A stretch of DNA of 64,000 nucleotides from Paraspadella gotoi (taxonomy: Eukaryota; Animalia; Chaetognatha), in contig CM119265.1 in assembly GCA_051294375.1 (NCBI GenBank), positions 5,262,355-5,326,354 on the forward strand, given 5' to 3'. Below the pieces are notes generated by a model. That model searched no databases. It saw only the letters and a program-made list of their open reading frames with translations, and had not been told where the DNA came from. Made by a program: the position numbers and the translations under genes. This document shows, one piece after another, positions 28,191 through 51,112 of this stretch. Numbering within the stretch: position 1 is the first letter of the stretch; each line of letters opens with the position of its first letter.

Positions 28191-31100
28191 TCAACTCTCA
28201 AAAATTGATAGCAGATTGGTGACGTCTAGAATGGTTCCACCAGCGACGCTCATCTTTCCCTGTCCATAAGCAAGTGCCGCGCTCTCTTCTCCGGTTAAGA
28301 TTTTGCGCCAGAAGACATCGGCGACGGAAAGCGTTACTGTGCCGTTCGGAAGCGGTTCGTCCGGCGAAAGCATCTCCACGACCGAGTTTCGGATTGAGAG
28401 AACGTATTTTTCCTAGCGGAAGATTTAGGAACTATCGTTAAAAAAAAAAGATTAACTTGATAGATTTAAATCTATTTGACTCATATAATACTTGCCAGTT
28501 GCAGAAAACTTCCTAAATACAAGTTTTATCCGATAAAAATTTTAATTATCTCCCGACCCGAATTTAACTAAAAACTCTTCCCAGTTCTCGCTCCCCAACC
28601 TTTGTATCGATGAAATCGAAGACCAACGTGCCCTCGACTCCCTCGGCTTTCTCCGGCAAAACTCTCAGCGGCATCATGTGGATGATTTGATGCATTTTGA
28701 TGGACATGATCTTTTCCTTCATTCGACCCGGATGGATGTTTTCTCCCGCCGTTTCGAGCGCCTGAGGGGGAAGGCGGGGATTTCGTAGATGAATTTCTTA
28801 ATTTTACACATTTCAAATGAAGAAAAGTTGAGCGTGAAAACGAAGACGATAATAAAGATTTAGTCATCAAAAGTTTGATTATACACTAATTTTGACTATA
28901 AACATCTTAAGTTATCCAAAAATATTTGATTCCAGATTTTTATTGAAAAAATGTCTACGTAGTGGTATCTACGTAAAAAGTAAATAAATAGGTTGCAACG
29001 GTCTTTAGCATAACAATAGACAAAATCGTGTGAACGAGGTTGAACTCGTTCTGTGGTCACTGGTCAGGTTTAAATGAACCCCAAACGGTAAAGTGGTTGT
29101 TGTTTACTAAAATTTTCACTGAAGTGACCAAAAAAACCACCTGAGTCAAGTAGTAGTTCCTTCCGTTGGCGCTCGTCTGCTCGGCCGCCATCGCTTTCAG
29201 CGCCACGATCCTTAGCGTCTTCGCCCTTTCGTCGGCATCGGGCGTCCCCTCTTCAGACACCAACGCCATCGTCGCCAATTCGAGCGCCAACTGCGACTCC
29301 AACGGGTCGTACCGCCCGGCTTCTTTGAAGCGCTGCTCCGTTTTATCCAGCGCCTCTTTGGAAGCAGCCAGCGTTTTCTCCACGCCCCCGAAAAGCTCCA
29401 CGTAGCGTTGGGCTTTGAAGAGCCGCGGAAGGGGGATCAGATCTTCGGCGTATCCGGAAAACCATCCCATGTAGAGGTTGAAGATGCCTGTGATCACGGA
29501 AATGTAGTCGTTACCTTTCAAAATGTAACTTTATCGTCAACCTTACCTCTTATCGACCATTTCAGAGTTCCGTAATGTTCGTACAGGTAAGGGTTATTCT
29601 TCAATTTCGGCGGCAATTCGATCATGTATTGCAAGTCGTCCAAGTGAATGCCTTTGTTCATCAATCGCAATGTTTGATCGTGCACATATTGTATACCGTC
29701 ACGGTATTCGGTCAATTGCCTAAAACGCAGATAATAGGTCTATTATTCCGTAATTCCAACTTTGAAGGGTTCTTAAAATTATTTTGTATATTTGGATATT
29801 TAATAAGGGTGACTTCACCAACCTATAAATTTCATCAGCGCCGACGACCTCATTGAGATGGCAAGGAACAAGGTAATCTGGTTTCAACTTGCGCATGAGA
29901 TCAAGAGAAGTGTACCACTTCTTGGCGTTTCTCGCCGGGTTTCCTCTAATGGCGTACAGGTTCGGAAATGTCCTGAATGTGATAATTTTGAAATTTGCTT
30001 GTTATTTTTCGTTTATGTTGTATATCTTCGTTGCGGTAAAATCGATAGCTGATAAATTATTAATGGTTATGTTCTTTACAAAATTGTTAATGAGAACTAG
30101 TGAAACATTTTTTTTAACAATATCTTGGTAGGTTATCGTTTGAATACTAACTTTTTTAAATTATAAAATATTACCTATAAAAGTTATCTGCGGGAATAAG
30201 GACTTTGGTCTTCGGGAACCAGACTATTATCTGATCGTCAGTCTCTCCGGGGGCGTGATACAGAGTCATTTCTAAATCTCCCGCGATCTTCACAGTGAGT
30301 TCTTTCTTAAACGTCACGGTTGGCATCACGTAAGTCGAGAGACCTTTTTTTAAGATTTATAAGTTTCCTCGTGTTTAATAACTACTATATTTAATCAAGA
30401 CAGCAGAAACAATTGCCTTTTGCGTCGACCTCTTTGGTGAGGAGTGTTCCAAGGCCAGAGCTTTTATGCCATTTGGGCGGAAGAGTTACCCCGAATTGCC
30501 TGAAGTAGGAATAAAAACAGAAACCACTTTATAATATTAGAAAACACTTATGTCGAAGCGTAATTTCGGCATTGATTGTCTCATTTTCTTCTAGTCGTTG
30601 CAACGTTGGTCTATCTCTGTATTTTTGTTTGTCAGTCGGCGAAATGCCTCACGGGCGAAATTTGTTCCATTGACAAAACGTGACATTTCGTATTTGATAA
30701 ACTTTCCTCTTTAATTATATTTAATGTTTAAAAGCAAAGTGTTTCTGCGTCGGTTGCAAGTTGCCTGAACTTAGCCATATTTTATCTATTGTTACATTAT
30801 TATTTCAGAAACATCTGTACAAACCTATAAGCCCTCTTTAAAACGAGATCGGGCGTTGATAGAAACTGTTGGATCTCTTTAACGGTCTCCTCATGCGAAT
30901 AAATTGGCGGCGGGTTTTTGGGATCTTCGATGAACGCTCGTGTCCCTGTAAGATTTTTTGGAAAAAAAGTAATCCCTCTTTTCAAGAGTCTTCAGTCTTG
31001 TTTATACGGTGCCACTTAATTTGTGGCGAATCAAAATTCTGATATAAAACTAGATATTTTTCGGCCACAGGGCTGATATGCTTTACCCGTGATATGATCC

Positions 31101-31916
31101 GAGTGGAAATGTGTGTACACAATCCCGACAACGGGTTTCTTCGTGATCTTTCGAAATTCCGCCATGATTTCCCTTAAGAAATTAAGATCGAATATAAATG
31201 TTTCGTGATAAGGTTTTTCTTGAATACTAAGTCATAAGCATGAGCCGTAATAAATGTGAATATCACCTTCATAAAGCTCAATGAAGACTGAAAGATTTAA
31301 AATTTAATGTTTAGGGTAAGAAAGCTTGGCCACCAATTGTATTTAGTAATTGTTGTTTAATTATTTATTTGTATTTTCAAAATATTCTTTGATGTCATTT
31401 TGTTTTATTTGTATTTTAAAATTATTTGTAATTTTCAAATATTCCCCCGATGTCATTTTGTTTTCCAAGAAAACCTAGCGGCGCTATGAGCCTCCGTCGT
31501 GTCGACGATTACGACTCCGTCCCTTCCCTCGATCATGATACTGTTGGCAATGGCGTAACCACGCGCGAGGTAGACGCCGGGTCGGATCTCGAAAACCCCC
31601 TTGACTTTGATGCGATCAGAAAAGTCGGCGAGCGCGGGATGCGTTGGAACGTCGCCCTCGGTTGTAGTACCGCGTAAAGGGCCTGTTAGGCATAGAATAA
31701 AACGCAAATCGACGAACGGGGCTTAGTGAATCTGAATATTGATTGAAAAAGAGTGTCCTGTAGCTACTTCAGACGAAGAAGAAGGTCTGCGAAATAACTA
31801 AACAACTTACCTTGGTCATATTTCGTTTTGGCAAATTTTTCCTGTATTTTTGGATAATACGATGCAAAGAGGATGCCAATGACGAAAAAGACGATGGAGT
31901 TCAGTCCGAATTCCAT
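28191..31916 (-). CDS. Alkyl/aryl sulfatase (SdsA1/BDS1-like: MBL fold + dimerisation domain + SCP2-like C-terminus), ~608 aa, 11 exons
   Basis: Exons 31916-31811, 31682-31475, 31172-31087, 30945-30825, 30499-30417, 30343-30175, 29972-29823, 29719-29547, 29487-29141, 28761-28600 and 28412-28191 sum to 1827 nt in frame. Motifs VVIVDT, YTHFHSDH, HAPGETDDQ, ADNFYRTFPNLYAIRG, YVHDQTLRLMNKG, YMGWFSG and RNYYLTQALE; hydrophobic N-terminus MEFGLNSIVFFVIGILFASYY. Confidence 0.9.
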
Positions 31917-32811
31917 TTTCGCAATTTGGAAAACGGAGGAACGTATTCAACTGTTGGTCACGTAAATCTAAAGACGGCGAGTGAGTGAAGAGCGAGTTAA
32001 CAGATGCGAAAGAAAGAGGAAAAAATTTTAATTTAAAAAAAATTTACGCTGAGCATTTTTGTTTGGTTAACTTCGATCAGGTTTATAGAAAGAATTAAAA
32101 ATTATTTCGAACAAACATATGGATGACAATTTTTTATATTTATTTACGTGTAAAATTTTGTGAACAGTCAGCACAAAAATTATACAATGGTCTAATCAAT
32201 AACATGAAGATTATAAATTTTTCTTTCGAGTTGCCTTCTGAAAAAAAGGCGTTTTGAAGTACTGGGGACTAGTCACGATTAAAAAGATAAATTCTACTTA
32301 TCAGAAGAAGTATGAGCAAACAAAGTCGAGACAAAATAAGAGTTTTAAAAAGGAATAAGTCAATATATTATTCATAAAAACGAACATAATATGAATATAA
32401 TTTTTTCTCTACTAATCTTCATAATACGCTATTTTCATGGATTTGGTTAATGTATTATTGTTTCATAAAAAATTATGAGGGTGACTGACAGACCAACAAC
32501 GCCAAAAACTCGATTAGTGCCGTTACTGTTGTTAGCAGTCGCGACTAAAAACTCAGTTGTTATCATAATCACACAATAATGAAATAACCTTTGCCCAAAC
32601 ACAAGTGGCACTAATTTTTTTTGGCGTTTTTAAAAATCTAAATGAAATAAAAATTATATTATCCTAGCCTTGTTTCCGCAACAAGTGAGGAGAGAAACAG
32701 AATATTAGAAAATTAGAAAATATTACAATAAAATTACAAAAGTTCATTAATAGTCCGTACTTTTATTAGTTTTCGAACTAGTTTAAGAGTTCTACTTCTT
32801 CATATTGTTTT

Positions 32812-35590
32812 TCAAGTCTTTACCTCTTCCCCTCCTCCGACTCTCTCCGCCCCAAACGGCCCCTCCACTTCTGCTACTTCCTGCTCATAATTGTAAGACC
32901 CGTTGATGACGACCGGAGGATCGTTCTTATCGGCAGCTTTCCCCGCTGCGGCGCCGCCGTGCTGCTGCCACAGGACGCTGCCAACGACGACGCCGGTTGT
33001 AAAGTAGAGTCCGGAGCAGACAAAGAAGGCGGTGCCGGGCTCAGTGGCCACAGTGGCGCCGTAGACGGAATTGAGCATCAGCGTGCCCAGGAATCGACCC
33101 AGAGTCTCGACGAAGATGATGTAGGTGAAGAGGAGGCCGTTGTCAGCCTCGGGATGGAGTTTGGAGAGAAGGGCTTTGAGAACGGAGACGCAGAGGCCTG
33201 TGGAGGAGCAGGTTGATCTAGTAACGGAGTTGATCTTGAGTAACGGAGTGGGCCAAGCTCAGCCAACCTGGTCATAACCCAATCCCTAATTCTAAACACT
33301 AACCCCATTGTCTATCCTAACTCTAATCCCTAACCATAACCCCCCAATCTAATCTTTAATCTCATAAACTAACTTAATTCTGACCAAAGTGCTTTTGAAA
33401 TACTACTTTCTGGCCAAAATATCAATTCAAATGAAAAACCTTTTACGCATCCTAACGGAATGCAAGAAAACATCATCGCGTCGTTTGTCGAAAATCCTTC
33501 CAAAATGGTCGAGGCCGTTCCCGAAACGGCTCCCATTATAATCAGTCCTGAGAATTAAAACTTTATTTTATTTCATTTGATTTATTCAATCATTCATTTC
33601 TTTCATTCGTTCACCGGAATCTTTAATGATTGGCCCCAAAAACTTGGCTGATAACGCCAAACAGATGGGATTGAGCAGCAAATAACTGCAGGTGTAGATG
33701 CCGATCCTCATCGGTTGCCAACACAGGGGTCGATTCATCTGGTAGAGATAGATGAGCTTGTGGTCGTTGAAGGTGACGGAGATGATGGCGAAGGCGATGG
33801 TGAAGAAGATGAATTGAGTGAAGGGTTTTCCTTTTTCGTCCAGAGTCAATCTGCATATCGTTTTCACGTTTTGGATGGGTTTGTACCTGAAGGAAGAGAA
33901 AAAACGGCGTGGTATAAAAACGGGGAGAGAATAGTTGTGATTTCTTTCTTTTTTTTTAGTTTGACTCTTTCTTTTTTCTTTTACTTCACTTTTCTTTTAT
34001 TTTTGTTGCTATGTCTCTCAAATTTGGACCAAAGTACTGACTGATTTTAAAATTATTTCTCTTTCTGAAGCCGAGACTCTTTCCTCTCCAGATTCAATTT
34101 TGACTCCCGTTCCTTCACCACTAACTTCTTGTCCTTGTGTCGCACGACCGTCTCTTGCAGCATGAACACGGTGTACAACAGCACGAGGACGTAGATGATG
34201 AGTAAAGGGACGAAGTGCCAGATGATAACCGCGCCGGCGGCCTGGAGCCAGGCGTTGTAAACGAACACCCCTAGCCCGATGAAGACCATGAGCAGACCCT
34301 GAAGGACGGTCACGCGAAAGGTTCGGTTCTGTTGCGTCGTGATGTCGGCCAGGTAGGCGAAGGCTGAACCGGCGAAGGGATGAGTGAGTTAATGGCAATA
34401 TGGCGTTCGTGGGTGAGGAGCGATTGTAAAGGTGCCGGGCGAAAATAAATTTCAAAGTAATTTAATTTTATTACGTTAGCGATTTTTTCGAGAATTTTAA
34501 ACGGAGAGGGGAAAAAAAATGTGCCCTTTTTCGATGATAAAAAGGGGAAAGTGGTTTATTCCTAGTGATAAGATGGGCTTGTTTGCCTAACGCACCTTGG
34601 AATAGTTAAAAATTTATATCTCCTCCGCCAAATGATCTTTTTTTGGTAATTAACTACTTAATAATACCCGCCAGCGTGGTATTCTCCGTAAACCCGAGAA
34701 TAAAGTCGCCCACCAGCAAGATCCACAATTCGCCCTTCGTCAAAAACGTCAAGAGGGTCATGGCAACTTTGAAGGCTCCGCCAATGGCGCCCAAGATCAG
34801 CGCCAGCTTTCGGCCGAAGATGTCAGTCAGGGGACCTATAAAGACCAGCGCCAAAACGTTGGGCAGAGCCTTTGCGAACTCGCTGAAGGTGTTGTAGAAG
34901 GACGTGTATTTTTGGATTTTGTCGGTGATGGCTGTCGCGTTGGGGTCACTGATTCGTGGAGGGTTCATAATAATTTATATTATTAACTTTTTATTTTAGT
35001 TAAAAAAAAAAGAAATATTTTCTTTTAAATGTGAAATTTATTTTTAATTCCATGTATAATTTTTACTTTTTAAAAGGTTTTGTTATAAATTTCTTAAAAA
35101 AAAGATTATGGAATTTCTAAATAATAATATCAAAAACTAAACTACTGAGAATTGCATATTGAGGAGCAATGCCTTCTTCTCCACAACCTCACCCGCTATC
35201 ATTAAAGATTTTACAGAGAGACCCGGTTGAATCTCGATCGACGGTCGTATTGGACACCTTTTCTGCGATGGTGTGATAAATGTATTGCGTCTCTATCAGT
35301 CCAATAAAGATGGCGCACATTTGGATACCGATGGCGACTGGCTCTACCAAGCGGACTCTTCGAATGCAACCTGACGACGCCGCTTCGTCCGTCGTCGTTT
35401 CGGGCGGCGCCGGAGGGCGGGGATCGACTTCCACATCCTCGGTCCTCAACACCGCGTCCTCCCCTTCCTCTTCGGTCGCCGCCACTTGACCGTCATCGTC
35501 CAACAGATGGAATTGCGAGTCGCGGCGAAGATCTTGGATGGAATCGTTGACGCCCAAGGAATGGCGGTTAACGGATTTCTCAGTTGCCAT
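32812..35590 (-). CDS. SLC46-family (PCFT/SLC46A3-like) major facilitator transporter, ~560 aa, 6 exons
   Basis: Exons 35590-35193, 34948-34668, 34363-34126, 33886-33615, 33547-33440 and 33197-32812 sum to 1683 nt in frame. Motifs VEP near TM1, MFS motif A GPLTDIFGRK, AFAYLADIT, LYQMNRPLCW and KALLSKL...G, plus multiple TM segments. Confidence 0.87.
33272..33375. repeat. Degenerate (CCCTAA)n-like hexamer tract in the last SLC46 intron
   Basis: cataacccaatccctaattctaaacactaacc...cctaactctaatccctaaccataacc with ~6-bp periodicity. Confidence 0.6.
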
Positions 35591-35596
35591 GGCGAC
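35583..35596 (-). promoter_or_regulatory. RFX X-box match overlapping the SLC46 start codon
   Basis: The minus strand reads GTCGCCATGGCAAC, matching GTNRCC-AT-RGYAAC; function unproven. Confidence 0.35.
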
Positions 35597-35917
35597 GAAC
35601 TTTTAAACGCGGGGCGATTGAACCGAGGAAAAGAAAGAAAAGTAAAAAAAAAAAAAAACTGTTGGAAGAGGCTCATTGAACGGCCCTGTTTTGTTTATCG
35701 GACGACCGTCGATCAAAGATTTGAAAGATTAGAAAGCTCGTGATATTTCTTTAATTTTTAATTTTTTTTTTCTTATTCTTTTTTCGCAATCGTCATTTAT
35801 CGCACAGTTTTCAGTTTTAGAGAGCGAACTGCTAAGTTTTCTTGAGTAGAACAATGTTTGCGAGGAAGGATCGGATTTTTGAGTATAGAGATTTGTCTTT
35901 TTGCAAGGGAGAGAAGC

Positions 35918-35922
<5 letters not shown>

Positions 35923-36015
<93 letters not shown>
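35923..36015. repeat. (GA)n microsatellite
   Basis: Seen directly. Confidence 0.97.
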
Positions 36016-39000
36016 AATTTTTTTTTCACTTTACAAAACAACTGATTTTTCAATATTGATTATTATCCATAAAAGTATTTTCAAAGTTCCAACTGTCCTT
36101 TTACTTCAATACGCTGTTAGCAAACTGGTGAAACTTTCGGCCTTCTGAATTTTCAGATTTTTTTGGCGTCTTTTAAACGTTCTATCACTTTACCCTTGCC
36201 CCTTTCTCTAACCCTACAAAACAAAAAAGGGAAAAAATAGAAAAAAATATGTAACAGGTGGGTAATTTAGACCGAAACTGTTTAGTTGTATTAACTTGCT
36301 GACTTCTTTCCTTTTCGTTTTGAAGAATGTTGTTCTTTTGTAATTTTTTACTTTAACAGAAGTAGTAGCATAGGTTCTCTTACGGCACTTTTCGTAATCA
36401 AACTTTTAATCGAACAAAAGATCCCATACTTTAAGATTTTTCTCTCTGTACTAATTTAAAAGATTAATCAAAACAAGAGTTTGTGACGTTTGCGGTACGT
36501 TGTAATTTAACAAGGTGGCATATATAGATGACTTTTAACAGTAGGATCACACGAGTTACAAACAAAGAGACAGTTTCTGTACTTAACATCCATAATTTAA
36601 TTTAATTTATTTGTTGTTTGCTTGGTTTTTGGTGATAAATTTCGAAGTGATATTCTTTGGAGGGCTCAATCGGAAAAAAAAGTCTTTTCTTGAAAAAGTA
36701 CTTATGTTTCCATTTTTTTGGGTTTTTCACTTATTTAATTCCAAATCCGCAGATAGTTACAAAATAATATATTTAAAAACTCCTGAAAATAATTGGTTTA
36801 TTTAGGATTTTGATTTGCACTAATGATTTAACAATGAACAGACTTTATTTATTCTTGAATCCAAAGAGGAATAAAAAAGTTTGAATTTTGTTCTAAATTG
36901 GGAGATAAATTGACGGAAGAAGCGTCCAAAACGAGATACTATTTATGATCCAGATCGTGAAATTCATGTTGAAGTTCCCTTTTTTTTTTGTCATGGATAT
37001 CAAGTTTTGAAAAAAATCAAAGGCAGAGAGTTATTGTTTTCCTTTTATGATCCTGAGATACAATTTAGAATCCGAAATAGTTCTAAAACAATGATTAGTG
37101 TTTATCAAGATGCTCGTTAATTGTGCTATAAATTAATATACTTTTTTGAAACCTAATTTACAAATCTTTTTGGTTGTCATTAAACGTAATAAAATAGTTG
37201 AAAGTGAGCACCATATCTTGATAGATTGTTTATGACCAATTTCGTATTTTAGCGATGAAATTCTACCTCCAATTTTCTTCGTAGATCAGCATTAAAAACC
37301 AGAAACAAATAGATTACGATCCTTTAGAATTGTAGGTCTGAAATTGAAGTCAGAATAATAAAAGAAGAAAAACTGATGCACAAAAAAACTATTATAAACA
37401 TTTAAACAAATCCGATTTTACATTAAAAACATCGAACTGACACGATTATTTTTTTTTCTCCTTATCAAAAACGCAAGCAATTGTTGGGTAATAACTATAA
37501 GTAACAGTAAAAAAACAAAATAATTGAGAGTAAAGCTTAAAATTACAAACTAAGTAACCCATCCTTGTTAACAGAATTAAAAAAAAAAGATAATAAATTT
37601 CGGAGAGAAAACTTGGAACCTCCGCATGGAATTCGCAGCGTGAAAATAAAGACAGAAGCGTCACATGTACAAGTGAAGAAAGAAAAATGAGAAAACTTGT
37701 GGAAATGACTAAAAGAGACCTGGAGGTGTCTTCTTAGGATTAGTCTAATTAAATCTTTCTAGGACGAGTATTTAAATTTTCTTACGCTTTATTTTCACTA
37801 TAGTTGACCAATTTCTGAAGGCACAAAAGTACATTCGAAAAAATCATACGTTGTTCTAAAAAAGGGCACGCTCCTTCGATCGTGCGTTGAGATAAAGTGT
37901 TTTTTCTACGTTGTCGTTTTGTTTTCGTAAAGTAATCTTTTTGTTTCTTCTATGAACTTTATAGTGGCGGGACTCGCATCCATTACATGGATTTTTTAAA
38001 ACTTTTAACCTTTTGTCTACTCTAATATTTCATCGTGATTACGGAGGATATGTGAGTTTGTAATGTTTGTTGCTCACTTGGTATTCTTTTTTTTTTTGTT
38101 GTCTTAATTTATAAATCTATACATCGTAAGTTAGGAAAAAAAAAGAGCAACAGCTACAACCACCGCCGATGTTTTTTTTTTTGGTTCGATCCGACTTTAG
38201 TTCATTTCTTTGACGGAATCCCTCTTTCGATTCCTTTCTCCTCGAGCGAAAAAAAAAAATCCTCACTCCCAAAGGAATACGAGTTATCACGATATTTCAC
38301 GACGACAGAAAATAGTATAAGATCGTCACGCACGAAATTAAATAAAGGGATCACAGTTTTTTCTTTTTTATTTTTTGAGGGAGGGAAGAGTGACGAGGAG
38401 AGGTTTTTAAAGTCACGCGCCGCAGAGTAGAAGTTGGTAGGAATGAAAATCAAGAGCTTCCTCCTCCGAAATTCACGTCCTCGATCGCCGATAATCTCGC
38501 CCGATGCAGTCACGACTCCTTTCCTTTGTTTTTTTGTTTTGTTTTTGTTTTTTTGTTTTTGATTCGACGCGGTCGAGGGTCCTGATGCCCTCATGCCGTC
38601 ACGACCGTTTCCACACCCAATCTACGCAAGGGGATGTGTCGCAAGCGTTTCAAAAGGGTTGTTTTCCGTGCAGCGTTTAAGACCGGTTGCCCAGAATGGC
38701 ACGATCGCACGATTTTCTGGCAAAATAGAGAAAACATTCAATCGATGGAAAGTTATTAGTAGAAACGAAGCTTTTGTATGTACAAATGATATGATTTAGG
38801 TCCATTAAATATTTTTTTTAGTATAACAACCAAAAATTATTTAAAATTGTTAAAAAAGTATTTTATTACAATATTGCATTTTCTGATTCTTTTCCCTTAA
38901 TAATACAAATATAATAATTTTTATATTTAATGAGGGCACTATTATACATAAAATTGTTATTGTTAAATAGCTCAAATAATTTCTTTATTCTCAAGTGCTC

Positions 39001-39248
39001 TACTCTAATAAGAACTAACATCATTACTACTTTATATTTTATATTTTGTGTTTATTGAATTTCAATACGTAGTTTAGTTTTTATTTGTTTTCCAGTCTTT
39101 TACACTGTTACTGTTTATGAATACTGTTTTTGGTATTAAAAATTTAAAAAAAAAACTTTATACTTCCCAAGCGGCGCGTTACCAACCGATCATTCAACAC
39201 GAGCTCGACGAATCCGAAAAAGAGCGGGACTCACGCCGGCGCCCTTCG

Positions 39249-49497
<10,249 letters not shown>

Positions 49498-50996
49498 GTT
49501 GCTCTTTTTTTGTTCGTTTGTGTTTCAGTTTTTAAAATCACAAAAAAATTGTTGGTAGCGGACGGCGGTGATTCCAAATTAAGATGAACGGATATGGGGT
49601 GGAAAACGGTTTTTTTTTTTGGGTTGTAGTATAAAACAAACGTAACGGTACTAATGATCGTAAGTAAGTTTATTTAACGTTTAAAAGACACGTAAAGCGC
49701 GAGACTGGATTTTCGAATGGCGAAGTTTTCTCTCGGAGAATCGCTATTATTTGTTGTAGCGAATTACGATGTTGACTTTTTTTTTTTATAAAAGAAGAAA
49801 TAAGTAATAAAACGTGAACGAAGGTTAGCGGGGTTTTTTTTTATAACATTGGGGAGCCAGAAAGATAAAGAGACGCTGTGTGAAAACAGAGTTGAAAACA
49901 ACGAAGAAACTGTAAAACTAAGAGCAACACGCGGATCGTGTGTGCGTTCTTTTGTTTTTTGTCTTTTTTTAAAAAACGGGTTGGGGAATGGGGAAAAAGG
50001 GGAGAGGGCGCTCTTTATTTCTGTAATATAGCGGAAATTGTTTTGATTTATTTTTAGATACGAACAAAAGGGAAACGAAAGGTTTTCATTTGTTTTTATT
50101 ACTTTATCGGCGAATAAAAAAGTTTTTTTTTAGCGACGATTAAAGGATCCGAAAAGTGAAACGATTAAGGGGAAGGGCGCGTGAAGACGTAGAGGGGCAG
50201 GGTTGAGGGCGGGAGCGACAAAAAGGGCGGACGATGGGGGCGGAAGGGGGTCGGAAGGGGGGGGGGGTAGAAACGTAAAGAGATCTCAACGCGTGCGCCC
50301 CCCTAGCGTGGGCGGCAGTCTCGCTGGAGGGCGAACGGGAGGAGAACGGAGAAAGAGGGAAGACTCTCTCTCTCTCTCTCCGTCACTCTCTCTCACTCTT
50401 TTTTTTTTTTTAAAGTTACTTTTCAACTTTTCAAGCGGAGGGCGAGGTCCTCCGGCCGGCGGCGGTTCCGGCGCCCCTCGATCTGGCGGCGTGGCGCCGA
50501 GCGGCGCGCGCGTTGAAATCCCGCGGCGAGGCGCAGCTCACGTCGAGAACGAAAAATCGGTAAAGCGAAAAGTAATACTTGATGAGGCGAAGGATATCTT
50601 GAGGGAAGCGGCGACGGGCAGACCAGGCGGCGTGGGGGGAAAAACAGTTCAGCAACAACGACGACCAATCGCAGGTCGAGGAGAATAACATGGCTTTTTT
50701 TTTTTTTTTTTTTGATGGGGTTTGATTTGTGTGTTTTTTTTTTTATATGTGAGTTTTTGTTTTCAATTTATATCCTTTATCAACATTGACGGAGAGATAT
50801 TAAACGCAAAGCGAGCGTGAATTTTTTATTTTTTTTTATTTTGGAACTAGATCCGTTTATATATATTGACTTTTTTGTGTGTAGCGAACATTTAGGGGTA
50901 AAAAACATTGAGAGCGAAAGAGCGAAGCAGCGAGACAGGTTGACGGCGCGAAGATAATCATGATCGGCACGTTTGATACAAATGAGATATGAGAGA

Positions 50997-51112
<116 letters not shown>

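Noticed and set aside
28191-31916. Bacterial contamination as the source of the alkyl sulfatase
   Set aside because: Ten spliceosomal introns and contiguity with animal genes.
35495-35525. Lysosomal dileucine signal DSQFHLL in the SLC46 N-terminus
   Set aside because: Spacing is DxxxxLL rather than the canonical [DE]xxxL[LI].
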